A stretch of DNA of 64,000 nt, taken from assembly GCA_963816395.1 (NCBI GenBank), contig CAWFKQ010000016.1, forward strand, positions 288,001 through 352,000, written 5' to 3'. Source of the stretch: an uncultured delta proteobacterium. GTDB taxonomy: Bacteria; Desulfobacterota; Desulfuromonadia; Desulfuromonadales; JACZKF01. The notes below the pieces were generated by a model, which was not told the DNA's origin, made no database searches, and saw only the letters and a list, made by a program, of their open reading frames with translations. A program made the translations under genes and the position numbers. Below are positions 1-10,793 of this stretch, piece by piece. Every line of letters begins with the position of its first letter. Within the stretch, counting starts at the first letter, position 1.

Positions 1-1
1 A

Positions 2-202
2 ATGGCAAAGGGTACGGTTAAATGGTTTAATGACGCAAAAGGATTCGGCTTTATCGAGCAGGAGGGGGGGCCCGATGTGTTCGTCCACTTCTCGGCAATC
101 GAAATGGACGGGTTCAAAACCCTGGCTGAGGGGGAACCTGTCTCATTCAATATTCTCCAGGGCCCAAAGGGGCCCCAGGCACAGAACGTCATGCGCGCCT
201 GA
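2..202 (+). CDS. cspA: Cold-shock protein (CspA family), copy 1
   Basis: 66 aa with GTVKWFN, KGFGFI (RNP1) and DVFVHFSAI (RNP2). Confidence 0.97.
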   Translation: MAKGTVKWFNDAKGFGFIEQEGGPDVFVHFSAIEMDGFKTLAEGEPVSFNILQGPKGPQAQNVMRA

Positions 203-235
203 TAGCAATTGAGGTTTCCCCAGCCCGAGATCATT

Positions 236-268
236 AGGGCCCCATTCTCCATGGGGCCTTATTTATTT
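236..268 (+). terminator. Intrinsic terminator after csp copy 1
   Basis: AGGGCCCCAT-loop-ATGGGGCCTT stem followed by a T-rich tract. Confidence 0.7.
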
Positions 269-319
269 AGTGTAGCTAAATTTCCTTGTTTTTTCTCTCG
301 AGGTGTGTTAAAAGGCAGG

Positions 320-438
320 GCAAATCCGGGAAGTTCAGGTTCCCTCATGAGAGAACCAGTACGCTTGCTTGGGGTGAAGCGACCGGAACGCAAACTTTTC
401 AGACCGGCTCAGCCGGGGAGCAAAGGAGCAGGAAGAAG
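320..438 (+). promoter_or_regulatory. Long structured 5' UTR of csp copy 2
   Basis: Possible promoter TTGTTT(286)-17-TAAAAG(309); nested stems TCCGG/CCGGA, GGTTC/GAACC, CGCTT/AAGCG, CCGGC/GCCGG; SD AAAGGAG at 422-428. Confidence 0.5.
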
Positions 439-639
439 ATGGCAGAAGGTACGGTTAAGTGGTTCAATGACGCCAAAGGTTTCGGATTCATCCAGCAGGA
501 CGGGGGCCCCGATGTCTTCGTCCATTTCTCCGCCATTCAGGGGGACGGGTTCAAATCGCTGGCTGAAGGGGAGCGGGTCCGTTTCGATGTAACCCAGGGG
601 AATAAGGGGCCGCAAGCCTCCAACGTGGTCAAGATCTGA
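439..639 (+). CDS. cspA: Cold-shock protein (CspA family), copy 2
   Basis: [18 protein letters not shown]...[11 protein letters not shown] upstream of ATG 439. Confidence 0.97.
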   Translation: MAEGTVKWFNDAKGFGFIQQDGGPDVFVHFSAIQGDGFKSLAEGERVRFDVTQGNKGPQASNVVKI

Positions 640-667
640 CCGGCGAGGGCGCCCCCGGCGACCTGCC

Positions 668-702
668 AGGCTCCGCCTTTCCCGGTGGAGCCTTTTTCTT
701 TG
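668..702 (+). terminator. Intrinsic terminator after csp copy 2
   Basis: AGGCTCCGCC/GGTGGAGCCT stem plus T tract. Confidence 0.8.
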
Positions 703-847
703 TCTTTTCCAGTGCTTTCACTGCCTTCTGGGGGGACGGCCGACCGGCTTTGTCCTTGACATCCAGGGTTTCTGTTGTTAACTTACCAGCTTTGGATTGA
801 GCCGGTCGCCTCACTAAATCCCGCTATCAGCGCCAGCCGGATCGCCG

Positions 848-2431
848 ATGAAAGTTCTCATTTCCGATAAATTTTCGCCGGAAGGTCTGCGAGTCTTCGA
901 AGAGGCCGCGGAGATCGTGCTGGACTACCAGCCCGGCTTGTCGCCGGAAGAGCTTCTGCAGGCGGTCGCCGATGCCGATGCGCTGGTGGTGCGCGGCGGC
1001 ACCCAGGTGACCGAGGAGGTCTTTCGGGCGGCGAAAAAGCTCAAGGTGGTCGGCCGGGCCGGGATCGGGGTGGAGAACATGGACCTGGCCGCTGCCAACC
1101 GGCAGGGGGTGGTGATCATGAACACCCCTTTCGGCAGCACCACCACCTCGGCCGAGCACACGATTGCCATGCTGCTGGCCCTGGCCCGGCAGATCCCCGA
1201 GGCGAGCCGTTCAACCAAGGCCGGCCGGTGGGAAAAGGACCGGTTTCTCGGCACCGAGGTGGCCGGCAAGACCCTGGGGGTGATCGGTGCCGGCAAGATC
1301 GGCCGCTTGGTGGTCGAGCGGGCCATCGGCCTGAAGATGCGGGTGATCATCTACGATCCCTATCTGGCCATGGAAATGGTGCAGCAATTGGGGGCCGACC
1401 AGGTGGAGTTCGATGAACTGCTGGGCCGGGCCGACTTCATCACCCTGCACATTCCTCTCAACCCCGATACCCACCATCTGCTGAATTATGAGACGTTGCG
1501 CCGGGTAAAGCCGGGGTGCCGCATCCTTAACTGCGCTACCGGCGGACTGGTCGATGAGGCGGCTCTGGCCCGGGCGATCCGGGACGGCCGGGTGGCCGGC
1601 GCCGCCCTCGATGTTTTCAGCAAGGAGCCGCCGGATCGGGACAATCCCCTGCTGGCTCTCGACCAGGTGATCTGCACGCCGCACCTGCGCGCTTCCACGG
1701 TCGACGCCCAGATCAACGTGACGGTGCAGGTGGCGCGGCAAATCGTCGATTTCCTGCAGCGGGGAATCGTCATCAATGCCCTCAATGTCCCCTCGATCAG
1801 CGCCGATCTGCTGACCGTCATCCGTCCCTACATCGAACTGGCCGAGCGCCTGGGTTCCTTTCAGGCCCAGTACTGCGCCCGCGGCCTGCAGGCGGTGACG
1901 GTCGAATACGCCGGCAGCATTACCGATCACCCCACCGGGCCGCTGACCATCGCCCTGCTCAAGGGACTGCTGACGCCGATGATCGGTTCCATGGTCAATT
2001 ACGTCAACGCGCCGCATCTGGCGCGCGAGCGGGGGATCCGGGTGGTGGAGGCGCGCAGCAGCACCTCCGAAGGCTTTGCCAACATGATCCGCCTGACGGT
2101 CACCGGCGCCGAGGGTGAGCACTCGGTCTGCGGCACCCTGTTCGGCCATGACGACTACCGCATCGTGCGGGTCGACGACTACCATGTGGAGGCGGTGCCG
2201 CAGGGAAACATCCTGGTGCTGCTCAACGACGACCGCCCGGGAGTGATCGGTTTTATCGGCCAGGTGCTGGCTGAGGCGGATGTCAATATCGCCATGATGA
2301 ATCTCTCCCGGCGCAAGATCAAGGGGCGGGCGATCTCCCTGATCACCGTCGACAGCGCCATCCCCGATGCCGTTCTCGACCGGTTGCGGACGAACGAGCA
2401 CATTCTCTCCGCGGTGCAGGTGCATTTGTAA
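848..2431 (+). CDS. serA: D-3-phosphoglycerate dehydrogenase
   Basis: GRAGIG, GxGxIG Rossmann motif, TPHL, C-terminal ASB and ACT domains (DRPGVIG). Confidence 0.95.
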   Translation: MKVLISDKFSPEGLRVFEEAAEIVLDYQPGLSPEELLQAVADADALVVRGGTQVTEEVFRAAKKLKVVGRAGIGVENMDLAAANRQGVVIMNTPFGSTTTSAEHTIAMLLALARQIPEASRSTKAGRWEKDRFLGTEVAGKTLGVIGAGKIGRLVVERAIGLKMRVIIYDPYLAMEMVQQLGADQVEFDELLGRADFITLHIPLNPDTHHLLNYETLRRVKPGCRILNCATGGLVDEAALARAIRDGRVAGAALDVFSKEPPDRDNPLLALDQVICTPHLRASTVDAQINVTVQVARQIVDFLQRGIVINALNVPSISADLLTVIRPYIELAERLGSFQAQYCARGLQAVTVEYAGSITDHPTGPLTIALLKGLLTPMIGSMVNYVNAPHLARERGIRVVEARSSTSEGFANMIRLTVTGAEGEHSVCGTLFGHDDYRIVRVDDYHVEAVPQGNILVLLNDDRPGVIGFIGQVLAEADVNIAMMNLSRRKIKGRAISLITVDSAIPDAVLDRLRTNEHILSAVQVHL

Positions 2432-2471
2432 GCCGGGCAGAAGGCCTATGCCGATCTGCTCAAGAATTTTT

Positions 2472-2518
2472 CCCTTATTACCTTACGCCTTAGGCCCTGC
2501 GCCTAACGCCTCAGCATC
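2472..2518. repeat. Degenerate 7-nt tandem repeat in the serA-hisZ junction
   Basis: CCTTACG CCTTAGG CCCTGCG CCTAACG CCTCAGC. Confidence 0.6.
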
Positions 2519-2528
2519 AGGATTTCCT

Positions 2529-5137
<2,609 letters not shown>

Positions 5138-5166
5138 GGCGGCGGAAAAAAGGCAGAAAAAAGGGG

Positions 5167-5195
5167 TTGACTTGGCCCCCTTTCTTCAGTATAAA
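5167..5195 (+). promoter_or_regulatory. Sigma70 promoter for the tRNA pair
   Basis: TTGACT-17 nt-TATAAA. Confidence 0.75.
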
Positions 5196-5215
5196 GTGCA
5201 GTCTCGTCACGAAAT

Positions 5216-5291
5216 GAGCCGGTAGCTCAGTTGGTAGAGCATCTGACTTTTAATCAGATGGTCGTGGGTTCGATTCCCCCCCGGCTCACCA
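5216..5291 (+). tRNA. tRNA-Lys(TTT)
   Basis: GAGCCGG/CCGGCTC acceptor stem, anticodon arm TCTGA-CTTTTAA-TCAGA, TTCGA loop, encoded CCA. Confidence 0.96.
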
Positions 5292-5344
5292 TTTTCAAAG
5301 CAGTAGCTGCAGGGTCATTTCCTGCTAGGTACTTGAAGTTTCAA

Positions 5345-5422
5345 GTCCCTATCGTCTAGCCCGGCCCAGGACACCGGCCTTTCACGCCGGCGACGGGGGT
5401 TCGAATCCCCCTGGGGACGCCA
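5345..5422 (+). tRNA. tRNA-Glu(TTC)
   Basis: GTCCCTA/TGGGGAC acceptor stem, CCGGC-CTTTCAC-GCCGG anticodon arm, TTCGAAT, CCA. Confidence 0.96.
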
Positions 5423-5430
5423 AAAAGGAA

Positions 5431-5466
5431 AAAGGGTCATCTTCTTAATGGAGATGGCCCTTTTTC
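5431..5466 (+). terminator. Intrinsic terminator of the tRNA operon
   Basis: GGGTCATCTTC/GGAGATGGCCC stem plus T run. Confidence 0.85.
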
Positions 5467-5565
5467 TATGCGTGGAATTTATTCGGCAATGGATTTGGCA
5501 ACGAGAGAGGGCAGTCTTTGGAGAATTAAAATTTGACATTTCTGAGTAAAAGTTCTTGAATGGTC

Positions 5566-5658
5566 CGGAATTCATCCCAAGGGGGGAGCGGATGAGCACA
5601 GGACAGAGGGAAAGTTGAAACGCCACCTTGGACCGGGAGACCGGTCGGGTGGCTTTTT
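5566..5658 (+). ncRNA. Candidate small RNA or short leader transcript
   Basis: TTGACA(5533)-17-TTGAAT upstream; terminator GCCACC..GACCGG-GAGA-CCGGTC..GGTGGC-TTTTT; only an 8-codon ORF inside. Confidence 0.35.
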
Positions 5659-5974
5659 GCGTTTAAAGATTTGGCAATACTTGCAGAGGGACTGGGGCGA
5701 TGACCATCCGAATACCAAAAAAGGGATTTCTCGATAAAATTCTTGCAGGTTTTTGGGAAAAAACGGGCCATTATAGTTCCAAAAAATTTTTATTCTGATT
5801 CCGTCACTCATTCTGATCAATCACTTGAGTTGGAGGGATTTTGGAAAGCTTTATTGCGTCCGCGGGAAAAACCACTTCCTGATAGTTTAATTTCATATGA
5901 TACATGTTGGTCAATCAAGAAAGACATTACAAGTAGACGTTTTGAAATATGTATAAAAAGGGGAGGATGTATAA

Positions 5975-6899
5975 ATGGGATAGTACTTTGAGCGTATTGT
6001 AGTTACGGCAATTTTAGTAATTTTGTTTTCAATAGTTATTTTTCCTAGATCGAGTAAATTGCTAAATGAAAATCCTATTATGGAGGGAGTCGATTCTCAG
6101 GCGAATGAATATGTTAATGCGGGGTTAATCAGAGCAAGTACGACCTTTGCTTTAGTAAACTTAATAAACAGTACCGTTTCAATATTTCAATCAAGCTCGG
6201 TCGATCTTGAGCCTGGGAGGCATAGGGGTAACTGTCGCCGCTGGTCAATGTCTTGACCCTGTTAAAGATATGGTGGAACGCTTTTCATGGGTGATGCTTG
6301 CCAGCATGTCCTCTCTTGGAATTCAAAAAATTCTTATTGAAGTTGGAGCCTGGGTAAGCGTAGGTATCATTTTACCAATTGGTTTGCTACTTTTTATATT
6401 CAGCTTATGGATTGGGGATAAATTTTCATCGAATTTACGACGGGTAGGGGGGGCGCTTTTGTTGCTTGCACTACTTATCAGATTTGCAGTTCCGGCTATG
6501 GCTTTTATGAACCACGAAGTATATGAAAAACTATTAAGCAAGAAATATGAAGAAGCTTCTGGAGCAATTGGTAAAAATGTTGCAAACTTAAAAGACCTCG
6601 AAATAGGTGATGAAAGCCAAGATCAGTCAGACAATTTCAATAAAAAAGAAGAAGCCGAACATGGCTGGTTTGAGAAGGCCAAGGCCATGGTCGCTACTGC
6701 CGTTGTTCAAACAGAGAAGTCAATTGACATAACATCCAAAATACAAAAAATCAAAATTATATCCACAGGTATTCTAGACCATATGATTAATCTTATCGTG
6801 GTGTTTCTGATTAATACCATAGTATTGCCATCATTGTTCTTATTGGGCATATTGAAAGTTAGCAAATTAGTGATATCGCATGATTTTAGTAACCTATAG
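5975..6899 (+). pseudogene. Disrupted multi-TM membrane protein
   Basis: SD AGGGGAGG then ATG GGA TAG (in-frame stop at codon 3); frame continues into ORF 6023-6256; frameshift near 6215 into ORF 6207-6899 (GIGVTVAAGQCLDPVKDMVERFSWVM). Confidence 0.7.
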
Positions 6900-6912
6900 A
6901 ATCAATTTTGAA

Positions 6913-7023
6913 AAAATATGGCAAATAGTTTTGTCTGCGTTAACTACTGGTGGGTTTATCTCTACCTTTTTTGGCTCTGGAAATATAGGTGTTGCCATTG
7001 GCGTTGGGCACACAATCGGTTAA
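6913..7023 (+). pseudogene. Internal fragment resembling a SLATT-domain membrane effector
   Basis: KIWQIVLSALTTGGFISTFFGSGNIGVAIGV; no start codon; cut at the duplication boundary; family recalled from memory. Confidence 0.45.
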
Positions 7024-7027
7024 GTAT

Positions 7028-7249
7028 TCAATTATAAAATTTGCTTTTTGCTAAGTTATACAAAAATCCAATTATAAAGGAAAATAATCCATAAAATATC
7101 ACAGTTGCGACAATTGATGATGTAATTATTACAAGTCAAAATAGCCGAGGTGCAGCGAAAAAGGCGATAAACGAGAAAATACAAGTCATAGTTAGGGCAA
7201 ATTTGATGGCCCTAAAGCAAACAATTGAATTTTTTCTCAACTTTTTCAC
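7028..7249 (-). pseudogene. Copy 1 of the 73-aa two-TM protein, with nonsense mutation
   Basis: GGA to TGA at 7136-7138 relative to the intact copy at 8457-8678. Confidence 0.7.
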
Positions 7250-7266
7250 TTTTTAATATTATTTTT

Positions 7267-7991
7267 TTATTCTTCAGAATGGCTCTCTATAAATAATGTT
7301 TGCTCTGAACTATTTTTTACCTTGTTTAAAAGCAGGTATTCCAATTCCTCATTTGCAATAAGTTCTTCACAGAGAATAAACAATGATTCATTCGTCTTAT
7401 CATTTATTTCAGAAAAATTGATCTCTTTGCTTTCAGGAAAGAGTTTTTTTAGAATAGTTGTATTTTTCTGCTCTTCATCTGCATATTTCCTTAAAAAAGG
7501 TAATTTCAACTCATATGGTATATATGATCTAATTTCACCCTTTCTCTTCCGTGCACCATAACACTTTGTAAGTTGTCCATCGACTTCTTCTTTTGTGAAT
7601 TGTGGAACAAGTCCATTTTGCAATACGGAACAGTAAAATATATTAAGTTCTTTGACCGTTTCAGCCAAGCTGTTGCATTGGTGCAACAAATACCCTGGAA
7701 AACGTAAGTCTTTGCATTTATTAACATGGCCTCGAACTGCATATAGATCATATTGTAGAGCATGGGATATTCCTCTATCTATCCCGGTCCTCCCTGTATG
7801 GCTGCTTACGAAATAATCAATTGAGTTTGATAAAAATAATATTTCATTTTGCCCCTTTATAATGTTGTGCTCGTTTGAAATTTCTTTAGCAAATCTTTTT
7901 ATTTGATTTTCGGAAAAACTGAGAGGAATACTGAGGCCATTATCAACAATACCAAGCTTTTTATTTAATTTAATGTTCTCTTTGTCAGATG
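7267..7991 (-). pseudogene. 5'-truncated copy of the approx. 290-aa hypothetical protein
   Basis: Same protein as 8696-9569 from KENIKLNKK onward; N-terminus replaced by the element at 7999. Confidence 0.75.
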
Positions 7992-7998
7992 AGGAAGT

Positions 7999-8411
7999 GG
8001 GGGACGCCGGTAAGAAATGTAAGAAGTTCACCTCGCTTTGTTATTCGATGTGGTGGAAGAGATGGCGAGGCAGGCATGACTGAACGTCTCCGGGCTGGTT
8101 CATCATGTGCGATTGTAGCAAGACTGACCACCGTCGCATTTCCAATATCGAGAATCTGACGGAGGTAAACTAATAGGACGGAATAAGCCGGAAGCAAATT
8201 CTCGGCCAAGGTCGTACCTGTAATATTAACCGAGCCCGAAGAGAGTTTTACCTTAAGGCTCATGAGGAGACCGGCTACGCAGCATCCGTGTTGGGGCGGG
8301 TTTCAGAAAAGACGCATGTGGCTGTTGGCCTGGCAATAGCGCGGGCGAAATTGGCGAGAAGACCAAAGCACGAATTTGAAAAATAAGTTTCGTAACTTAC
8401 CCGCGGCCCCC
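7999..8411 (+). mobile_element. Internally deleted HUH/Y1 (RAYT-like) transposase element
   Basis: Terminal IRs GGGGGACGCCGGTAAG / CTTACCCGCGGCCCCC (14/16); 8062-8109 reads MARQA*LNVSGLVHHV (Y1 N-terminus-like); 8177-8386 reads GISRKQILGQGRT...RARREFYLKAHEETG...THVAV (C-terminal HTH-like). Confidence 0.7.
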
Positions 8412-8434
8412 CCCTCTCGTATGGGTAATCTGAG

Positions 8435-9421
8435 GGGCACACAATCGGTTAAGTATTCAATTATAAAATTTGCTTTTTGCTAAGTTATACAAAAATCCAA
8501 TTATAAAGGAAACTAATCCATAAAATATCACAGTTGCGACAATTGATGATGTAATTATTACAAGTCCAAATAGCCGAGGTGCAGCGAAAAAGGCGATAAA
8601 CGAGAAAATACAAGTCATAGCTAGGGCAAATTTGATGGCCCTAAAGCAAACAATTGAATTTTTTCTCAACTTTTTCACTTTTTAATATTATTTTTTTATT
8701 CTTCAGAATGGCTCTCTATAAATAATGTTTGCTCTGAACTATTTTTTACCTTGTTTAAAAGCAGGTATTCCAATTCCTCATTTGCAATAAGTTCTTCACA
8801 AAGAATAAACAATGATTCATTTGTCTTATCATTTATTTCAGAAAAATTGATCTCTTTGCTTTCAGGAAAGAGTTTTTTTAGAATAGTTGTATTTTTCTGC
8901 TCTTCATCTGCATATTTCCTTAAAAAAGGTAATTTCAACTCATATGGTATATATGATCTAATTTCACCCTTTTCTCTTCCGTGCACCATAACACTTTGTA
9001 AGTTGTTCATCGACTTCTTCTTTTGTGAATTGTGGAACAAGTCCATTTTGCAACACGGAACAGTAAAATATATTAAGTTCTTTGACCGTTTCGGCCAAGC
9101 TGTTGCATTGGTGCAACAAATACCCTGGAAAACGTAAGTCTTTGCATTTATTAACATGGCCTCGAACTGCATATAGATCATATTGTAGAGCATGGGATAT
9201 TCCTCTATCTATCCCGGTCCTCCCTGTATGGCTGCTTACGAAATAATCAATTGAGTTTGATAAAAATAATATTTCATTTTGCCCCTTTATAATGTTGTGT
9301 TCGTTTGAAATTTCTTTAGCAAATCTTTTTATTTGATTTTCGGAAAAACTGAGAGGAATACTGAGGCCATTATCAACAATACCAAGCTTTTTATTTAATT
9401 TAATGTTCTCTTTGGCAGATG
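8435..9421. repeat. Copy 2 of the direct duplication
   Basis: Matches 7006-7991. Confidence 0.95.
8457..8678 (-). CDS. 73-aa hypothetical two-TM membrane protein
   Basis: Basic N-terminus and two hydrophobic segments; 17 nt downstream of the larger gene. Confidence 0.6.
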   Translation of the reverse strand: MKKLRKNSIVCFRAIKFALAMTCIFSFIAFFAAPRLFGLVIITSSIVATVIFYGLVSFIIGFLYNLAKSKFYN

Positions 9422-9569
9422 TATCAGCATTTACGGCCGAAATTCCACCCTGGATAAACCGAATGCCGATCAAGGAAGCCTTTTTAACTGCAGGAATAGA
9501 TATTTCCAATAACTTTTTTCCTCCTACAGCCGAAATCTTTCCTGCCATTGTTGCCATTTGTAAGTACAT
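8696..9569 (-). CDS. Approx. 290-aa hypothetical protein (1-nt frameshift near 8970)
   Basis: SD GGAGG before ATG 9569; extra T in a homopolymer relative to copy 1, which is open across this point. Confidence 0.7.
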
Positions 9570-9742
9570 TTTTCACGCCTCCTTGAACTCGGTAATTCGG
9601 TAAGACTGCCACCAAGTAAAGCCCAAAATAGAGCAGCCTTGAAATAATTTGCCAGCTATAATTAAAAATAATAATGTCCCCGTGTCAAGCGTTTTCTACG
9701 GTTAACTTTACTGTTTAGATGGCTATGCCATGAGGTTCAGAG

Positions 9743-9805
9743 AGGTGCGAAAAGGGGGCAGGCTGGTTTTTGAGATGAAATAGAGGGGATATGCCGCGAG
9801 TATGG
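9743..9805. repeat. Direct repeat left of the TA module
   Basis: AGGTGCGAAAAGGGG plus 47-bp core 9759-9805 identical to 10747-10793. Confidence 0.9.
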
Positions 9806-9914
9806 AGGGGGTTAGCTGACGGGTATTTCTATCATGTACTCCTGCTTAAGTTCGCCGGGCCTTCAGCCGGCCTGACGCATGCCGGTTCCCCCTCCGGGTC
9901 ATCTCCTTCCCAGG

Positions 9915-9957
9915 TTGTATGCAGATCCCGAATCTGATATTGTGTATTGCAATTGCA
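9915..9957 (+). promoter_or_regulatory. TA promoter and likely operator
   Basis: TTGTAT-17-TATTGT followed by palindrome TGCAATTGCA (9948-9957). Confidence 0.55.
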
Positions 9958-9974
9958 TCGCAAGGAGATTGTCA

Positions 9975-10238
9975 ATGAAAACCGCCACCATACCTTCACT
10001 TCGCGTCGACCCCGAGTTACGGGCGGCGGCCGAAAACGTTTTGCAGAAAGGCGAAAGCTTGTCCAGCTTTGTCGAGGAATCTCTGCGGGCCGGGATCGAA
10101 CGTCGGCTTCTGCAGCGCGAGTTTATTGCCCGGGGTCTTGCCGCACGGGATGAGGCCCGCCGGACCGGCGAATATTTCGCGGCCGAAGATGTCTTGAGCG
10201 AACTGGACCGGATGCTGTTCGCTGCCGAAGGAAAGTGA
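9975..10238 (+). CDS. Type II antitoxin, ribbon-helix-helix (YlcI/YnfO-like)
   Basis: MKTATIPSLRVDPELRAAAE...SLSSFVEES; SD AAGGAG; overlaps toxin start (GTGA). Confidence 0.85.
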   Translation: MKTATIPSLRVDPELRAAAENVLQKGESLSSFVEESLRAGIERRLLQREFIARGLAARDEARRTGEYFAAEDVLSELDRMLFAAEGK

Positions 10239-10534
10239 GCTACCGGGTCCGCTTTACCAAAGGGGCGAAGGAGGATATGCAGCGACTTTATGCCTTCCTC
10301 CTCGAGCACGATCTGCAAGCCGCCCACAAAGCGCGCGCGTCGATCGGGAAGGGAATGGAGTTCCTCCGGGAATTCCCCTTTTCCTGCCGTAAGGTCGTGG
10401 TGGACAATCCATTCTTGCGCGAGATTGTCATTCCCTTCGGTGCGAGCGGCTACGTCGCCCTGTTCGAGATCGAGGACAACGAGACCGTGACCATTCTCGC
10501 AGTCCGGCACCAGCGTGAAGAGGATTACCACTGA
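10235..10534 (+). CDS. Type II toxin, RelE/ParE family
   Basis: YRVRFTKGAKEDMQRLY...REIVIPFGASGYVALFEI...ILAVRHQREEDYH. Confidence 0.9.
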   Translation: MSYRVRFTKGAKEDMQRLYAFLLEHDLQAAHKARASIGKGMEFLREFPFSCRKVVVDNPFLREIVIPFGASGYVALFEIEDNETVTILAVRHQREEDYH

Positions 10535-10718
10535 AAAACGCCTGCAAAATTCTCCTGTTCGCCGGCCTGGAACCGGCGTAAAGAGTCTGCCCGCCAATTC
10601 CTTCCTCTGATCCCCCGTTTCTCCGCCAGACCCGCGATACCACATCTGTCGTTATGGCATAACCGCCTTTCACTCTCGCGCGGCTTTCGGCCGGACAAGC
10701 TGTGCCGAAATTTTTTGA

Positions 10719-10793
10719 AGGTGCGAAAAGGGGACAGGCTGGGGGACAGGCTGGTTTTTGAGATGAAATAGAGGGGATATGCCGCGAGTATGG
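10719..10793. repeat. Direct repeat right of the TA module
   Basis: Same 47-bp core, with GGGGACAGGCTG doubled. Confidence 0.9.

Larger units (their letters stand above)
7006..7991. repeat. Copy 1 of an approx. 986-bp direct duplication
   Basis: Matches 8435-9421 with about 10 substitutions and 1 indel by eye. Confidence 0.95.

Noticed and set aside
318..428. GGGCAAA...ACGCAAA resembling a c-di-GMP-I (GEMM) riboswitch
   Set aside because: No GNRA tetraloop/receptor pair or matching second stem, and the predicted start site cuts into the motif; treated as a csp leader.
5264..5280. U-C mismatch in the tRNA-Lys T stem
   Set aside because: Lies in a C homopolymer, so it may be a base-call error; the rest of the tRNA is canonical.
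7003..7009. GTTGGGC matching the integron GTTRRRY core
   Set aside because: No paired attC hairpin, no second site at the other copy and no intI gene.
7136..7138. In-frame TGA here, and TAG at 5981, as selenocysteine or pyrrolysine recoding
   Set aside because: The TGA replaces a Gly codon in the sister copy; no SECIS-like hairpin or pyl context is visible.
8107..8111. GTGCG as a group II intron 5' end
   Set aside because: No domain V/VI or reverse transcriptase; better explained as part of the transposase remnant.
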